Assembly (NCBI GenBank): GCA_014905635.1
Contig: JABVCE010000036.1
Span: forward strand, 248,001-304,485
DNA length: 56,485 nt
Reading direction: 5' to 3'
From: Scenedesmus sp. PABB004
Taxonomy: Eukaryota
How positions within the stretch are numbered: the stretch's first letter is position 1; every line of letters begins with the position of its first letter. Made by a program: the position numbers and the translations under genes. This document shows, piece after piece, positions 10,881 to 21,476 of this stretch. Under the pieces are notes generated by a model, which did no database searches, was not told where the DNA came from, and worked only from the letters and a program-made list of their open reading frames with translations.

Positions 10881-13800
10881 ATGCTCGCTCGCGCCCCACA
10901 CGCACCCCGCACGCGCGCGCCGCCGGCCATGCACGCGCTGACCCGTGCTCCGGGCGCCCGCGGCCACGCGGCGTGGGGCGGCCGCGGCGCCGCGTGCGCG
11001 CGGCCCGCCGCCGCGCCCGCGCCGCGCCGCCTGCGGCCGCGCTGCGGCGTGGCCGTGCCGCGAGCGCCGGTGAGCGCCGTGGGGGGCTGGGCACGAGCTA
11101 TGGCGGCGCCGCGGGCGCGGTGCGCCCCGCGCGCGCGCCCGCGCCGAGCGCTCGGCGCCGCCCGCGCGTGCAGGGTCGGCCGCCGAGCGAGGCGCCCGTG
11201 GCGCCGGACGGGCCGGCGGCACAGCCGGCGCCCGCGGCCCCGGCAGCCGACCGCGCGGGCGGCGAGGATTTTGAGCCCATCACCGCGATGTGAGGCCCGC
11301 CGGCAGCGGCGCGCGCGCCAGCGCGCGCGCCAGCACGCGCGGCGCCCGTGCTCAGCCCGCGCGCGCCGCCGCGCCGCCGCCCGCAGCTGGGCGGCCAACG
11401 CGGCGCGCTGGGGCGGCCTGGTGGCCGTGGAGGACCCGCACCGGGGGGCCGCCTTTACGCGGAGCTACGCGGAGCTCGCAGAGGACGTGCACGACTGGGC
11501 GGCCGGCCTCGCCGCGGCGGGCGCCGCGCCGGGCGACGTCGTCGCGCTCTTTGCCGAGGGCTCCAGCCGCTGGATCGTGGCCGACCAGGCCGTGCTGCTC
11601 AACGGCGCGACCGACGCGGTGCGCGGGGCGCGAGGGGCGCGCGCGACGGCTCGCGTGCACGAGGGCGCGGCCGCACCCGCCGAGTGCGCGCCGCACTCGT
11701 GCGCAGGTGCGCGGCTCGTCGTCGCCGCTCGACGAGCTGGCGTACATCCTTGACCACAGCGGCGCGGCGGGGCTGGTCGTGCACGATCGTGCGGCGCTGG
11801 CGCGGCTCGCGCCGCTGCTGCTGCGCCCCGGCGCCGCGGCGCGGCTCAAGTTTCTGGCGCTGCTCTGGGACGACGACGGCGGCGGCGGCGACGGCGCGCC
11901 CGGCTACGAGGACGCCGCGGCGCAGCTGGCGGGCGTCGGCCTCGCGCCGCTGACGTTCGGCAGCGTGCTGGCAGCCGGGCGCGGCGCGCGCGCCACGGGC
12001 GCCTGGGCGCCCGCGCGGGGCGTGGCGCGGGACACGCCCGCGACGCTCGTGTACACCAGCGGCACCACGGGCGCGCCCAAGGCCGTCGCGCTGAGCCACG
12101 GCAACCTGCGGTACCAGGCGGACAACCTGGGCTTCTTCCTGCAGGCAGGGCGGAGCGAGGCGCCGCTCGCCCCTGAGCCGCCGCCGCCGTCCGGATCAGC
12201 CGCCCGCGCCCCCGCGCCCGCGCACCCGCGCCCCCGCGCCGCGCGCGCCGCCTGACCGCCGCCCGCCCGCCCGCGCGCGCGCCCAGGTCGCGCCGGGCGA
12301 CGCGACGCTGACGCTGCTGCCGCCGTGGCACATCTACCAGCGCAGCGCGGCGTACTACCTGTTTGCCTGGTGGGCGCACCCGCTGGCGGGAGGGGGCGCC
12401 TGGGGGTGGCTAGGGGGCAGACAGGCCGCGCGCGCCGCCGCGCGCGCGTGCGCCCCACCCACGCTCGCGGCCCGCGCACCCCCGCTGCTGCGCAGCGGCG
12501 CGCGCGAGGTGTTCAGCAGCCTCCGCACCTTCCGGGACGACCTCGCGTCGCACCCGCCCGACCACTTTGTGTGCGTGCCGCTCGTGCTCGACTCCCTGCA
12601 CGCCAAGGTGCGCGCGCGGGGGCCGCGGCGTGTGCCGTGTGCCGCGTGCGCCGCCGTCGCCGCGACGGGCACGGCTGCCGCGCCACGCGCCACGCGGCGC
12701 AGGTCGTGGCGCGGCTGAAGGAGCAGGCGCCCGGCGCCAAGGGCGTGGTCGTCGCAGCGCTGCTGGCCGCGGCGGGCGCCTTTGTCGGCGCGCGGCGCGT
12801 GCTGGCGGGCGTGGAGCTGCGCTACGCGCGCGCCCCGCCCTCGCCCGCCGCGTGGGCGGTCGCGGTGCTCACCACCGCGCTCACGGCGCCGCTGTTTGCG
12901 CTGGCGCAGCACCTCGTGCTCAACAAGGTGCGCCGCGCGCCGCGCCGCCGGCGGGGCATGCCGCGCGCTGCCGGGCGCTGCCGGCCGACCCCCCCCCCCC
13001 CCTGCACCCTGCGCCCTCGCACCACGCTGGCCGCGCCGCCCGCGCCGCGCGCGCAGGTGCGCGCCGCGCTGGGCGTGCGCAAGACGGTCGTCAGCGGCGG
13101 CGGCTCGCTCTCACCGCACCTCGACACGTTTTTTGAGCTCATCGGCCTCACCGTCCTCAACGGCTGGGGCCTCACAGAGACGAGCCCCGTGCTCGCCTGC
13201 CGTCGGTGCGCGCGCGCTGGCGCGGCGGCGCGCGGCCGCCGGCCCCGCGCCGCCCCGGCCCACGCTGCGCCTGCGTCGGCGGCGCAGGTCGTGCAGCAAC
13301 GTGCGCGGCAGCGTGGGCCTGCCCACGCCCGGCACGCGGCTGCTGGTGGTCGACCCGACCAGCCACGCGCCGCTGCCGGACGGCACGCCCGGGCTGCTCC
13401 TGGCGGCGGGGCCGGGCGTGATGGCGGGGGGCTACCGCGGCGACCCGGACGCCACGGCCGCAGCGTTCATCGACGGCTGGCTCAACACGGGCGACCTCGG
13501 CTGGCGCGCGCCGGCAGGCGTGCGCGGCAGCAAGATGGCGGGCACCATCGTGCTCAGCGGTGACGCCCACGCGCGTCGCCGCGCCCGGCACGGCGGCGGC
13601 GGGCGACGTGCGGCTGCGCCTCGCCTGCCCCGGCGCGCCGCCCACCGCCCCTGCCCCTGCCGCCCCCTGCCGCCCCTGCTGCCAGGGCGGGCCAAGGACA
13701 CGATCGTGCTGCTGAGCGGCAAGAACATCGAGCCCCAGCCCCTCGAGGACGCGCTGGCGCAGAGCCCGCTCATCAAGTGCGCGCGACGGGGTCGCGTCGC

Positions 13801-14108
13801 CGCGCGTCGCCCCGCGTCGCCGCGCGTCGCCGCGCGTCGCCGCGCCGCGCGCGGCCGCCCGACCCGCCGCGCGCACGCGGCCGCCCAACCCGCCGCGCGG
13901 TGCAGGCACGTGCTGCTGCTCGGCCAGGACAAGCGTGAGCTGGGGGCGCTGGTCTTCCCGGACGAGGAGGGCCTGGCCGCGGCGGGGCTGAGCGGCGCCG
14001 ACGACCCGGCGCTGGCCGCGCGCCTGGGCGCCGAGGTGGCGCGCCTCAACGGCGCGCGGCCGGACTACCACCCACAGGACCACGTGGCGCACGTGCAGGC
14101 ACGGCGGC

Positions 14109-14154
<46 letters not shown>

Positions 14155-14338
14155 GGCGGCGGCGCGCGCGCGGCCAGCGGCGGCGGCCAACGCCGCGCCG
14201 GGCGCGCAGGTGGTGCGCGCGCCGCTGACGGTCGAGAGCGGCGGGCTGACGCGGACGATGAAGCCGCGCCGCGCCGTGATCGTGACGCAGCTGCACGCCG
14301 CCGACGCGGCCGCGCTGCTTGCGCGCCTGCGCGGCTGA
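10881..14338 (+). CDS. Long-chain acyl-CoA/acyl-ACP synthetase, AAE15/AAE16-like, with probable plastid transit peptide; multi-exon
   Basis: AMP-binding motif TLVYTSGTTGAPKAV, plus LLPPWHIYQR, VSGGGSLSPHLDTFFELIGLTVLNGWGLTETSPV, GWLNTGDLG, GRAKDTIVLLSGKNIEPQPLE and LTRTMKPRR. Start is 10881 or the in-frame ATG at 10929. Confidence 0.85.
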
Positions 14339-14693
14339 GCGGGGACGGCGCAGGCGAGGGAGCGGACCAGCGGGGAGGGGGCGGCGAGGGCTGCCGCGTG
14401 TGTGTGCGACGTCGCCGCGCCTGCGGCGGCTGGGCGCGTGCGCAGCCGTCATCACTCTTCATGTTGCAGTGCTGCGGTGGTTGACCGCATCAGATCGGTT
14501 GCGTGCGCAGCCCGCCGGGGGCCCTCCACCCCGCCGCGGCGTCGACGCGTGTCTGTGAGCGAAGGGGCGTGTAGAGAGAGTGTGTGCGTCGCTCGGGCCT
14601 CGGGTCTGTGCGGCGCTCGCGCGCTGGCCAGCCGCGTCGGTCAGGGCTCGGGAGCGGGGCGCAGCGGCTGTGACGGCGGGGCGCCGCCACGGC

Positions 14694-14710
14694 TGTAAGA
14701 AAAGCTGTAA
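14694..14710 (+). promoter_or_regulatory. Tandem TGTAA chlorophyte polyadenylation signals of the acyl-activating enzyme gene
   Basis: TGTAA at 14694-14698 and 14706-14710, about 360 nt after the stop. Confidence 0.55.
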
Positions 14711-14762
14711 GAAACCTGCAGCGCACGATCGTCCCCGGGTACCGCAGCGTCAGGCAGCGTCC

Positions 14763-14795
<33 letters not shown>

Positions 14796-14881
14796 CGCAC
14801 CCCGCCACCGCCGCCGCCAATCGGGGGCGCGTGACACCGCTGCCCTCCTGCCCACGCCAGTCAGGGCCTCTCGCGCGTTGA

Positions 14882-16092
14882 ATGCGCTGCGCTGCGGCGC
14901 GCCACGCCCGGGCGCCTGCCCGCGGGCAGGCGCCGCGCGCCGATGGGCGCGCCCCCCGCGCCCAGCGGGCGCTGGCAGCGTCGACGGGTCGGCCAGAGGT
15001 GCTGGGCGTCATCTTCGACATGGACGGCGTGCTGGCGAGCAGCGAGCACCTCAGCCGGGAGTGAGCGGCGCCGCGCGGCGCTGCTGGCGCCGCGCGGCGC
15101 TGCTGGCGCCCGCCCGCGCACTGCTGCGCCTGCTGCGCCTGCTGCGCCTGCTGCTGCTGCGCCTGCTGCTGCTGCTGCTGCTGCGCCTGCTGCTGCTGCT
15201 GTTGGCGCTGGTTGTGCCGCCGGCGGCGCGAGCCTGCTGACCCGCTGACCCCGGGCGCCGCGCCTGCGCGCAGAGCGGCGGCGGCGGTGTTCCGGCAGCT
15301 GCACGGCCTGACCGTGGCGCCCGAGGAGTTCATCCCCTTTGGCGGCATGGGCGAGGACCGCTTCCTCGGCGGCGTGGCGGCCAAGCACGGCGTGGCGGGC
15401 TACGACGGCGGCGCCGCCAAGGCGCTGTTCTTTGAGACCTACATCGCCTCCATCACGCGCCCGGGCGCCGACATCGCCTACCCGGGTGGGTGTGCAGAGC
15501 TGGGCGCGCGCGCCATCGCGCCCTGGAGCCCAAGCGCGCCGCCGCGCCGCTCACGCCGCGCGGCGCACGGCGCCGCCCGCCCATGCGGCGCGTAGGGGCG
15601 GTGGAGCTGGTGCGCGCGTGCCGGGCGGCCGGCCTGAAGACGGCGGTGGGCTCCAGCGCGGAGCAGGTCAAGGTGGGTTGCTGCGCTGCGGCGCGCTGCG
15701 CCCGGCGCCACGCAACAGGCGGGAGGCGGCGGCAGCAGCGCGCGGAGCCCCGCGCCGCCCCGGCCGGGCGCGCGCCGCAGGTGGACGCCAACCTCGCAGC
15801 CGCTGGGTTTTCGGCGGCCGACTTTGACGCGGTGGTCGCGGCGGACAAGTTTGAGGCGATCAAGCCCGCGCCGGACATCTTCCTCGCGGCGGCGGCAATC
15901 ATGGGCGTGGCGCCGCAGCACTGCATCGTCGTTGAGGACGCACCCGCGGGCGTGCAGGCGGCCAAGAACGCGGGCATGCGCGTCGTCGGCGTGGCGACGA
16001 CGCTGTCGGAGAGGGAGATGGCGGCGCAGACGCCAAATCTTGTGCGGCCAGCCATCACCGACATCAGCGTGCAAGACCTGGCCAGCTTGTGA
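14882..16092 (+). CDS. HAD-family hydrolase homologous to the stromal HAD domain of SOQ1, stand-alone, 4 exons
   Basis: [65 protein letters not shown] and [14 protein letters not shown] closely follow the SOQ1 N-terminal domain as recalled. Arg/Ala-rich transit-peptide-like start. Confidence 0.85.
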
Positions 16093-16146
16093 GGTCGGCG
16101 TCTTCGCGTGTAAACGTCGCACCGCTTCAAATGGAAGGGCAATTGG

Positions 16147-16229
16147 CGCTCTCTTCCCGTTGGCGCTTTTTTCAGTGGGCTGCCCCTGGGCCTCGGTCCT
16201 TGTCTGGTCACCCATTGTAACCAAAAAAA
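16147..16229 (+). mobile_element. 5'-truncated 3' end of the L1 family found at 41232-48056
   Basis: Matches the L1 3' UTR (TCTTCCCGTTGG...GTCACCCATTGTAAC plus A tail). Flanked by TSD AAGGGCAATTGG at 16135-16146 and 16230-16241. Confidence 0.85.
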
Positions 16230-16295
16230 AAGGGCAATTGGGGGGGGGGGGGGGGGGGCAGCAGTGCGAGCCGCATGGGAGCCCGGTAGACACCG

Positions 16296-16493
16296 CCACG
16301 GGCTGCGCCGCCGAGGTCGGCCGCCGGCGGCCGCGCCGCGCCGCGGGCCGCGCGCCGCCCGCGCGCGCGCCGCTCGCCGGCGCCGCGGCGCGGCGATGCC
16401 GTGCGCCGTTTCCTTTGCCCCGCCGCCCCTGCGGAGCGGAGGTGCGCGGCTCCAACAGGCTGCCCGGCCACGGGCTGCGCCACCGAGGTCGGC
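16296..16493. repeat. ~172-bp satellite, first segment
   Basis: CCACGGGCTGCGCC recurs at 16296 and 16468 (172 bp apart). Same monomer as 54751-56485. Confidence 0.9.
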
Positions 16494-17043
16494 TGTCAGC
16501 ACCGATGGGGGCTGCTGCCCGATGGAGGCTAGGCCTGGGGCCGGCCGGACTGAGCACTGGTGGGCTTGCATGCGCGCGCAGCAGCGGGGTCACCGGGGCA
16601 TGTACTGCAGCGCGGGTGACCGCGCACGGCAGCGACCGTGCTCTCTGCTGTGTGTGGCGGGGCCTAGTCTGAGGCCTTTTGTGCAGCGGCAGGCGCCATT
16701 GCAAGGCGTGCTGGCCGAGTGGGGGTTACACACCGATTCGCAACCAGTGCGACCTTGCTGACGGGGCAGGGTTCGCCCTTGGCTGCGCGCCCGCTGAGTG
16801 AACTTAGGCGCGCCCCGCGAGGGACGAGCGCCCCCCCAGAACCCAGTCGAGCACCAGCCAACGGTAACCACCGCGCCCGACAGTCCCAGCCGCACGCCGC
16901 GAGCGGGCAGAGGTCGACGCGAGCACTGGGCACGCCACAGGGGGAGCCAGCAAGCAAAGGAAGCGATCGCGACCGCGGCGCGCCAGAGCAGAGTGCTGGG
17001 TCGGGCAGCCGACCGCGAGCATCCCGGGTGGGGCAATCCCTGT
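16494..17043 (+). repeat. Terminal repeat A1 (550 bp)
   Basis: Identical by eye to 28237-28786. Confidence 0.92.
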
Positions 17044-17053
17044 TCTGGGGGGG
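17042..17053 (+). other. Putative self-priming primer-binding site (Tf1-type)
   Basis: GTTCTGGGGGGG is the exact reverse complement of CCCCCCCAGAAC at 16831-16842 inside A1. No tRNA-type PBS seen. Confidence 0.7.
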
Positions 17054-17214
17054 GCCGCTGCTCAGGTAAGCGCCGCGCCGCGCGGCGCATTGCGCTCGGG
17101 GGAGAGCAAGGAGGGCGCAGGAGCGCCCAGCCAGGCCGGGCGACAAGCCGTCGAGCCGCACGTGGCGGCCGACGTGGATCGCCCGACCAACACGTGAGGA
17201 GACGCCCAAAGGGC

Positions 17215-17470
17215 GCGGGAGCTAGCTCGAGCCCACAGGGCCGAGCGGAGCGGAGCCAGCTCGAGCCCAGAGGGCCGAGCGGAGCAGGAGCCAGCTCGAG
17301 CCCACAGGGCCGAGCGGAGCGGAGCCAGCTCGAGCCCACAGGGCCGAGCGGAGCAGGAGCCAGCTCGAGCCCACAGGGCCGAGCGGAGCGGAGCCAGCTC
17401 GAGCCCACAGGGCCGAGCGGAGCAGGAGCCAGCTCGCGCCCAGAGGGCCGAGCGGAGCAGGAGCACAGCG
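17215..17470. repeat. Tandem repeat of alternating 34/35-bp units (69-bp dimer) in the Gypsy leader
   Basis: GAGCCAGCTCGAGCCCACAGGGCCGAGCGGAGC(A)G repeated about 7 times. Confidence 0.85.
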
Positions 17471-17734
17471 CCCAGAGGGCGCGCGAACCGGCCAGGCGCC
17501 GTGCCCAAAGGGAACAAGGGAGCCGCGCACCGCGCCCAGCCCACGGAGCCAAGGCCACAGGCCCCGCCTGGGAGAAGCCCAAGGGGCCGCAAAGCCGGAA
17601 CAAGCGGCCCAGAGGGCCAGGAGCCTGCCCACCGTGGCCACCGCTGAGCCCCGCAAGGAGGCCCAGCGCAATCACCCACGGACCCCGCCGCAGAGAGCGG
17701 CAGCGACTGCGGCAGCGACAGCGACGAGGACGAC

Positions 17735-20700
17735 ATGCTGCGCAACTTCAGCAGCTACGGCCAGCTCGGGCGCGGCAGCCCGCCGCGCGGGCCGCGCTTC
17801 AGCGCCCGCAAGCTGGCGGGCAGCCACAACGGTGAGCAGCTCTGGGCGGGGCAGCCGGGCAAGCCGGCGCAGCAGTGGATCAACGAGGCGCGGGCGGCGA
17901 TCGGCGCCGCGCACAGCAAGAGCACGCAGAGCGGGCGCGCCGTGATGTCGCTCGCGGAGTTCGTGGACCAGCTGCTGGTGAAGGTCGAGCCGGAGAGCGA
18001 GCCCGCCCAGGTGCTCCTCAAGATCCGCGCGGCGCTCGCCGACCACGGCCTGGCGGCAGAGAACGGGCGCTACCTCTGGGCGCGCCCCTCTGCCGAGGAG
18101 GTGCGGCTGGCGCTCGGCCCGAGACAGGACCAGGAGCGGCACAACAAGATGCTGCACGAGGCCTACACAGACCGCGTCGGGGACGTCCTCGACAAGGCGC
18201 TGGAGCGGGGCCTCGTGGTCAGCCAGATGGAGATGGACCAGGTGCGAATGGGCGACGTCCCGCCCATCAGGCCGACGGGCGTCCAGGAGCTCAAGGCCAG
18301 CGCGACCGTCATCTACACCACCACGGGCGACCAGCCCGGCAAGCGCTGGACGCCAGTGCTGTACGTGGTGGAGCGGCTGCTGCTGATCATGGAGCTGCGC
18401 TTCTGCATCGCCACGCAGGAGCAGGTGAGCGAGTTCTTCACCATGCAGCAGGGCGACGCCACGCTGCAGGAGTACGCGCAGCGGATCCGGCAGGCCGTCC
18501 GGACGCTGCGCTGCGAGCTGCACATCATGCCCGACAGCGCGGCGCAGGTGTTCATCGCAGGGCTGAGCAGCGGCGCCTGCAGGGCCATGGTGCAGCAGCA
18601 GGTGATCGCGCAGGGCCTGGGCAGCCTGACGCTGGACAACGTGCTGGAGTGCGCGGAGAAGCACCAGGCAGTCACGCAGTCCACGCTGCGCGCCAGCCTC
18701 TTCCGCAAGGCGGGGCACGATTTCCTCGGCTCCATGGACGCCAAGGTGCAGGGCAGCAAGGAGCGCGGCGGCGGCTCGCGCGAGGTGCAGGGCCCAAGGC
18801 AGGTGGGAGATCGGCGCGGCGCAGGGCAGCGCCCGGGCAACTGGGCCGCCAGCGCGCCGCACCACGCCCTGGCGGGCGCTGCCTTCGCGAGCCAGGACGT
18901 GCGCGCTGACATGCCCTACAGCGCGCCCGCAGGCGCCTACGCCGACGGCTACGACACGCGGCAGTCGTACTACGGCTACAGCCAGCCGCGCGGCCACCAC
19001 CACTGGCAGCAGGCGCGGCCGATGCAGCCGGCGGGCGCGGCGCAGCAGCGCGCGCTGCCGCCGCCAGAGCTGCGCCCGCACACGAGCGGTGGCACCAACC
19101 GCGCGCCCGCGCCCTGCCCCTACTGCCGCTTTGGGCCAGGCCACGCAGTCTGCTGGTACGACCAGCCCAACAAGGCGCCTGCCAACTGGGCGCCTGGCAG
19201 GAACGCTGAGCCCGGCGCGGTGCAGCACTACCTCAGGCGCTGCAAGGAGCTGAAGATCCAGCCGGCCTGGTCTGGTGAGAGCGGCGCGCGGGGCTCCACG
19301 CCCGCGCAGCACCAGCGCCAGCAGCAGGCGCGCGGGCCAGTCGCCGCGGCGGCCCTCTGGCCCGAGTATGAGACCCCGCTGCTGCACCAGCCGCAGGGCA
19401 GCGAGCGCTGGGAGAACAGCAGCCTGAGCAACTGGCAGCACATGCCGGCGGGCTCGCTCTGCGAGATCGGTGAGCACTCGCTGAGCGCAGGCGCGGCCAC
19501 GCGCGGCGCGCGCAGGAGCGTGATGCCCTGCAGCTTCCTGCCGGCGGACAACGCGCAGCCGCGCACGGCGCCGCCGCTGAGCAGCGGCATGGAGCCGGCC
19601 CTGAGCAGGCCGTCTGCCGAACCGGTGCCGCCGCAGTTCAAGGTCAAGATCGTGTTTGAGAGCGAGAAGCCGCTGGCAGCCAGCCAGCTGGGCAAGATCC
19701 AGGAGATGATGCAGGGCCAGGAGATGGAGAACAGCCAGCCGCGCGCAGCAGCGACCAACGCGCCCGTGGCGCTGGCGCAGCTGGCTGAGGATGGCAGAAG
19801 CGCGCAGGCGCTGGAGGAGCTGCACGCCGTCGCAGGCAGCAGCACGAGCTTTGAGCAGCAGATGGCAGCGTTCAAGCGCAGCACAGGGCAGCGCCAGACG
19901 ATGATCAAGTTTGATGGCCCGCAGCTTCCCATGGTGCGCACCAGCGGCGGGCGCGTGATGCAGATGCAGAACACCGCCACCGACTCTGGCTGCGTCCCCT
20001 CTATCATCAACCAGCGCCTGGCGCAGGAGATGGGCCTGCACGTGTACCGGCTGCTGCCGGAGCAGCTGCCACCAGTCAGCACGATCGAGGGCCAGCCCAC
20101 GACCAGCATCATCGGCCGCACTGAGCCGGTGGCGGTCATCCTGGGCCACGGCACCGAGGACGAGGTCAGCCTGGAGCTGCCAGACGGCTTCCTGGTCGTG
20201 GACAGCCCAAGCGCGTACGGCATGTACGGCGCTGTGCTGGGGCGGGACATCATCGACAAAGTGAGCGGCTTCGTGCTGCCGTTCAACAGCCAGTTCTACT
20301 ACATCAGCGGGCGCCCGGCCACCAACGGGGCGAAGCTCGCCTGCATGCAGGTGCGGCTCACCGCGCGCAGCGAGCCGGCGGAACGCACGCCCGCCGCATG
20401 CACGGAGCCGATGCCGGCCTGCACGCTGCGCGCAGAGGAGAACGAGGGCGAGGAGCAGGGCCACGCCAAAAGCGAGCCCAGCTGCAGCTGGCTGCAGCGC
20501 GCGCTCAAGGCGCTGAACACCGCGCGGGACGCGCTGCTGGTGCTGCTGGTGCTGCCGGTCCTGATGCTCCTCAGCCAGGCGCCCCTCATCAGCGCGGGCG
20601 CGGTGCTCGCGCTGGGCGTGGTGGGCCAGGGCGCGGAGGAGGCCTACGCCAGCGCCACCAAGCTCCTGAGCCACACCTGGCACCGGCCCCGCCCTGCGCC

Positions 20701-21295
20701 CAGACTGCCGCTGATCTACACGGCAGTGCGCAGCATCCTCCACAAGGTGGGCTGGCTCTGCGCAGCCGCGCTCTGGGTGCCGCGCGTTCTCGCGTGCTGC
20801 CTGAGCAGCGGGCTGCGAGCCCGGCTGAGCGGCACCTGGCGCCACGTGCGCGCAGGGCTGAAGCAGCACGTGCCCTGGGCGCGCGCACCAGACCTCTACG
20901 TGCGCATCGGGCGCTGGCGCTACCGTTCTATGGAGACGGGCGATGTGCGCTGCCTCAGGCCGCCCATCGCGCCTGACGGCACAGAGTGCAATGCGCCGAG
21001 AAAGTTCAAGATGTGGCGTCGCACCTTCACGCGCGGCTTTGTGCGTAAGGCGCTGCCCCTGCAGTGCGCGCTGCTGCTGCTGCTGATCGCCGGCGCTGCG
21101 GCCACGGGGCACGCCGCTGGCCAGCTCAGCACGCACCTGGCGCCGCCAGGCAGCAGCGCACTGCGCATGCCGTGGGCCGACACACGCGCGCCACTGCCGC
21201 CCTCGCACGCAGAGGCGCAGGCGCAGGCATGGGGAGCAGCACAGCAGCTGCAAACCAACAGCTTTCGCGTCGGCGGCAGGCAGCCGCAGGCGTGA
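17735..21295 (+). CDS. gag: Gypsy ORF1: Gag (capsid plus Cys/His motif), aspartic protease and hydrophobic C-terminal extension
   Basis: Gag-like FTMQQGDATLQEYAQRIRQ...QVFIAGL, CPYCRFGPGHAVC, protease ATDSGC (~19980) and later AVLGRD. Confidence 0.8.
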   Translation: MLRNFSSYGQLGRGSPPRGPRFSARKLAGSHNGEQLWAGQPGKPAQQWINEARAAIGAAHSKSTQSGRAVMSLAEFVDQLLVKVEPESEPAQVLLKIRAALADHGLAAENGRYLWARPSAEEVRLALGPRQDQERHNKMLHEAYTDRVGDVLDKALERGLVVSQMEMDQVRMGDVPPIRPTGVQELKASATVIYTTTGDQPGKRWTPVLYVVERLLLIMELRFCIATQEQVSEFFTMQQGDATLQEYAQRIRQAVRTLRCELHIMPDSAAQVFIAGLSSGACRAMVQQQVIAQGLGSLTLDNVLECAEKHQAVTQSTLRASLFRKAGHDFLGSMDAKVQGSKERGGGSREVQGPRQVGDRRGAGQRPGNWAASAPHHALAGAAFASQDVRADMPYSAPAGAYADGYDTRQSYYGYSQPRGHHHWQQARPMQPAGAAQQRALPPPELRPHTSGGTNRAPAPCPYCRFGPGHAVCWYDQPNKAPANWAPGRNAEPGAVQHYLRRCKELKIQPAWSGESGARGSTPAQHQRQQQARGPVAAAALWPEYETPLLHQPQGSERWENSSLSNWQHMPAGSLCEIGEHSLSAGAATRGARRSVMPCSFLPADNAQPRTAPPLSSGMEPALSRPSAEPVPPQFKVKIVFESEKPLAASQLGKIQEMMQGQEMENSQPRAAATNAPVALAQLAEDGRSAQALEELHAVAGSSTSFEQQMAAFKRSTGQRQTMIKFDGPQLPMVRTSGGRVMQMQNTATDSGCVPSIINQRLAQEMGLHVYRLLPEQLPPVSTIEGQPTTSIIGRTEPVAVILGHGTEDEVSLELPDGFLVVDSPSAYGMYGAVLGRDIIDKVSGFVLPFNSQFYYISGRPATNGAKLACMQVRLTARSEPAERTPAACTEPMPACTLRAEENEGEEQGHAKSEPSCSWLQRALKALNTARDALLVLLVLPVLMLLSQAPLISAGAVLALGVVGQGAEEAYASATKLLSHTWHRPRPAPRLPLIYTAVRSILHKVGWLCAAALWVPRVLACCLSSGLRARLSGTWRHVRAGLKQHVPWARAPDLYVRIGRWRYRSMETGDVRCLRPPIAPDGTECNAPRKFKMWRRTFTRGFVRKALPLQCALLLLLIAGAAATGHAAGQLSTHLAPPGSSALRMPWADTRAPLPPSHAEAQAQAWGAAQQLQTNSFRVGGRQPQA

Positions 21296-21476
21296 GAGCC
21301 AGAGGGGCAAGGATCGGGACCCTGCAGCAGCGGCGATTGGCCAGACGCCGCTGGAGGCGTACACTGCGGGAGGGGAGCAGGAGACAGAGGAGCTCTCTGA
21401 CCGCTGGGAACAGGACCCAGAGCACAAATGGATACATGGGAACCACCCAGAGCTCACAGCAGAGCAGAAAGAGCAG

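Noticed and set aside
17215..17470. CRISPR-like periodic repeats
   Set aside because: Units are contiguous with no unique spacers, the context is eukaryotic and there are no cas genes.
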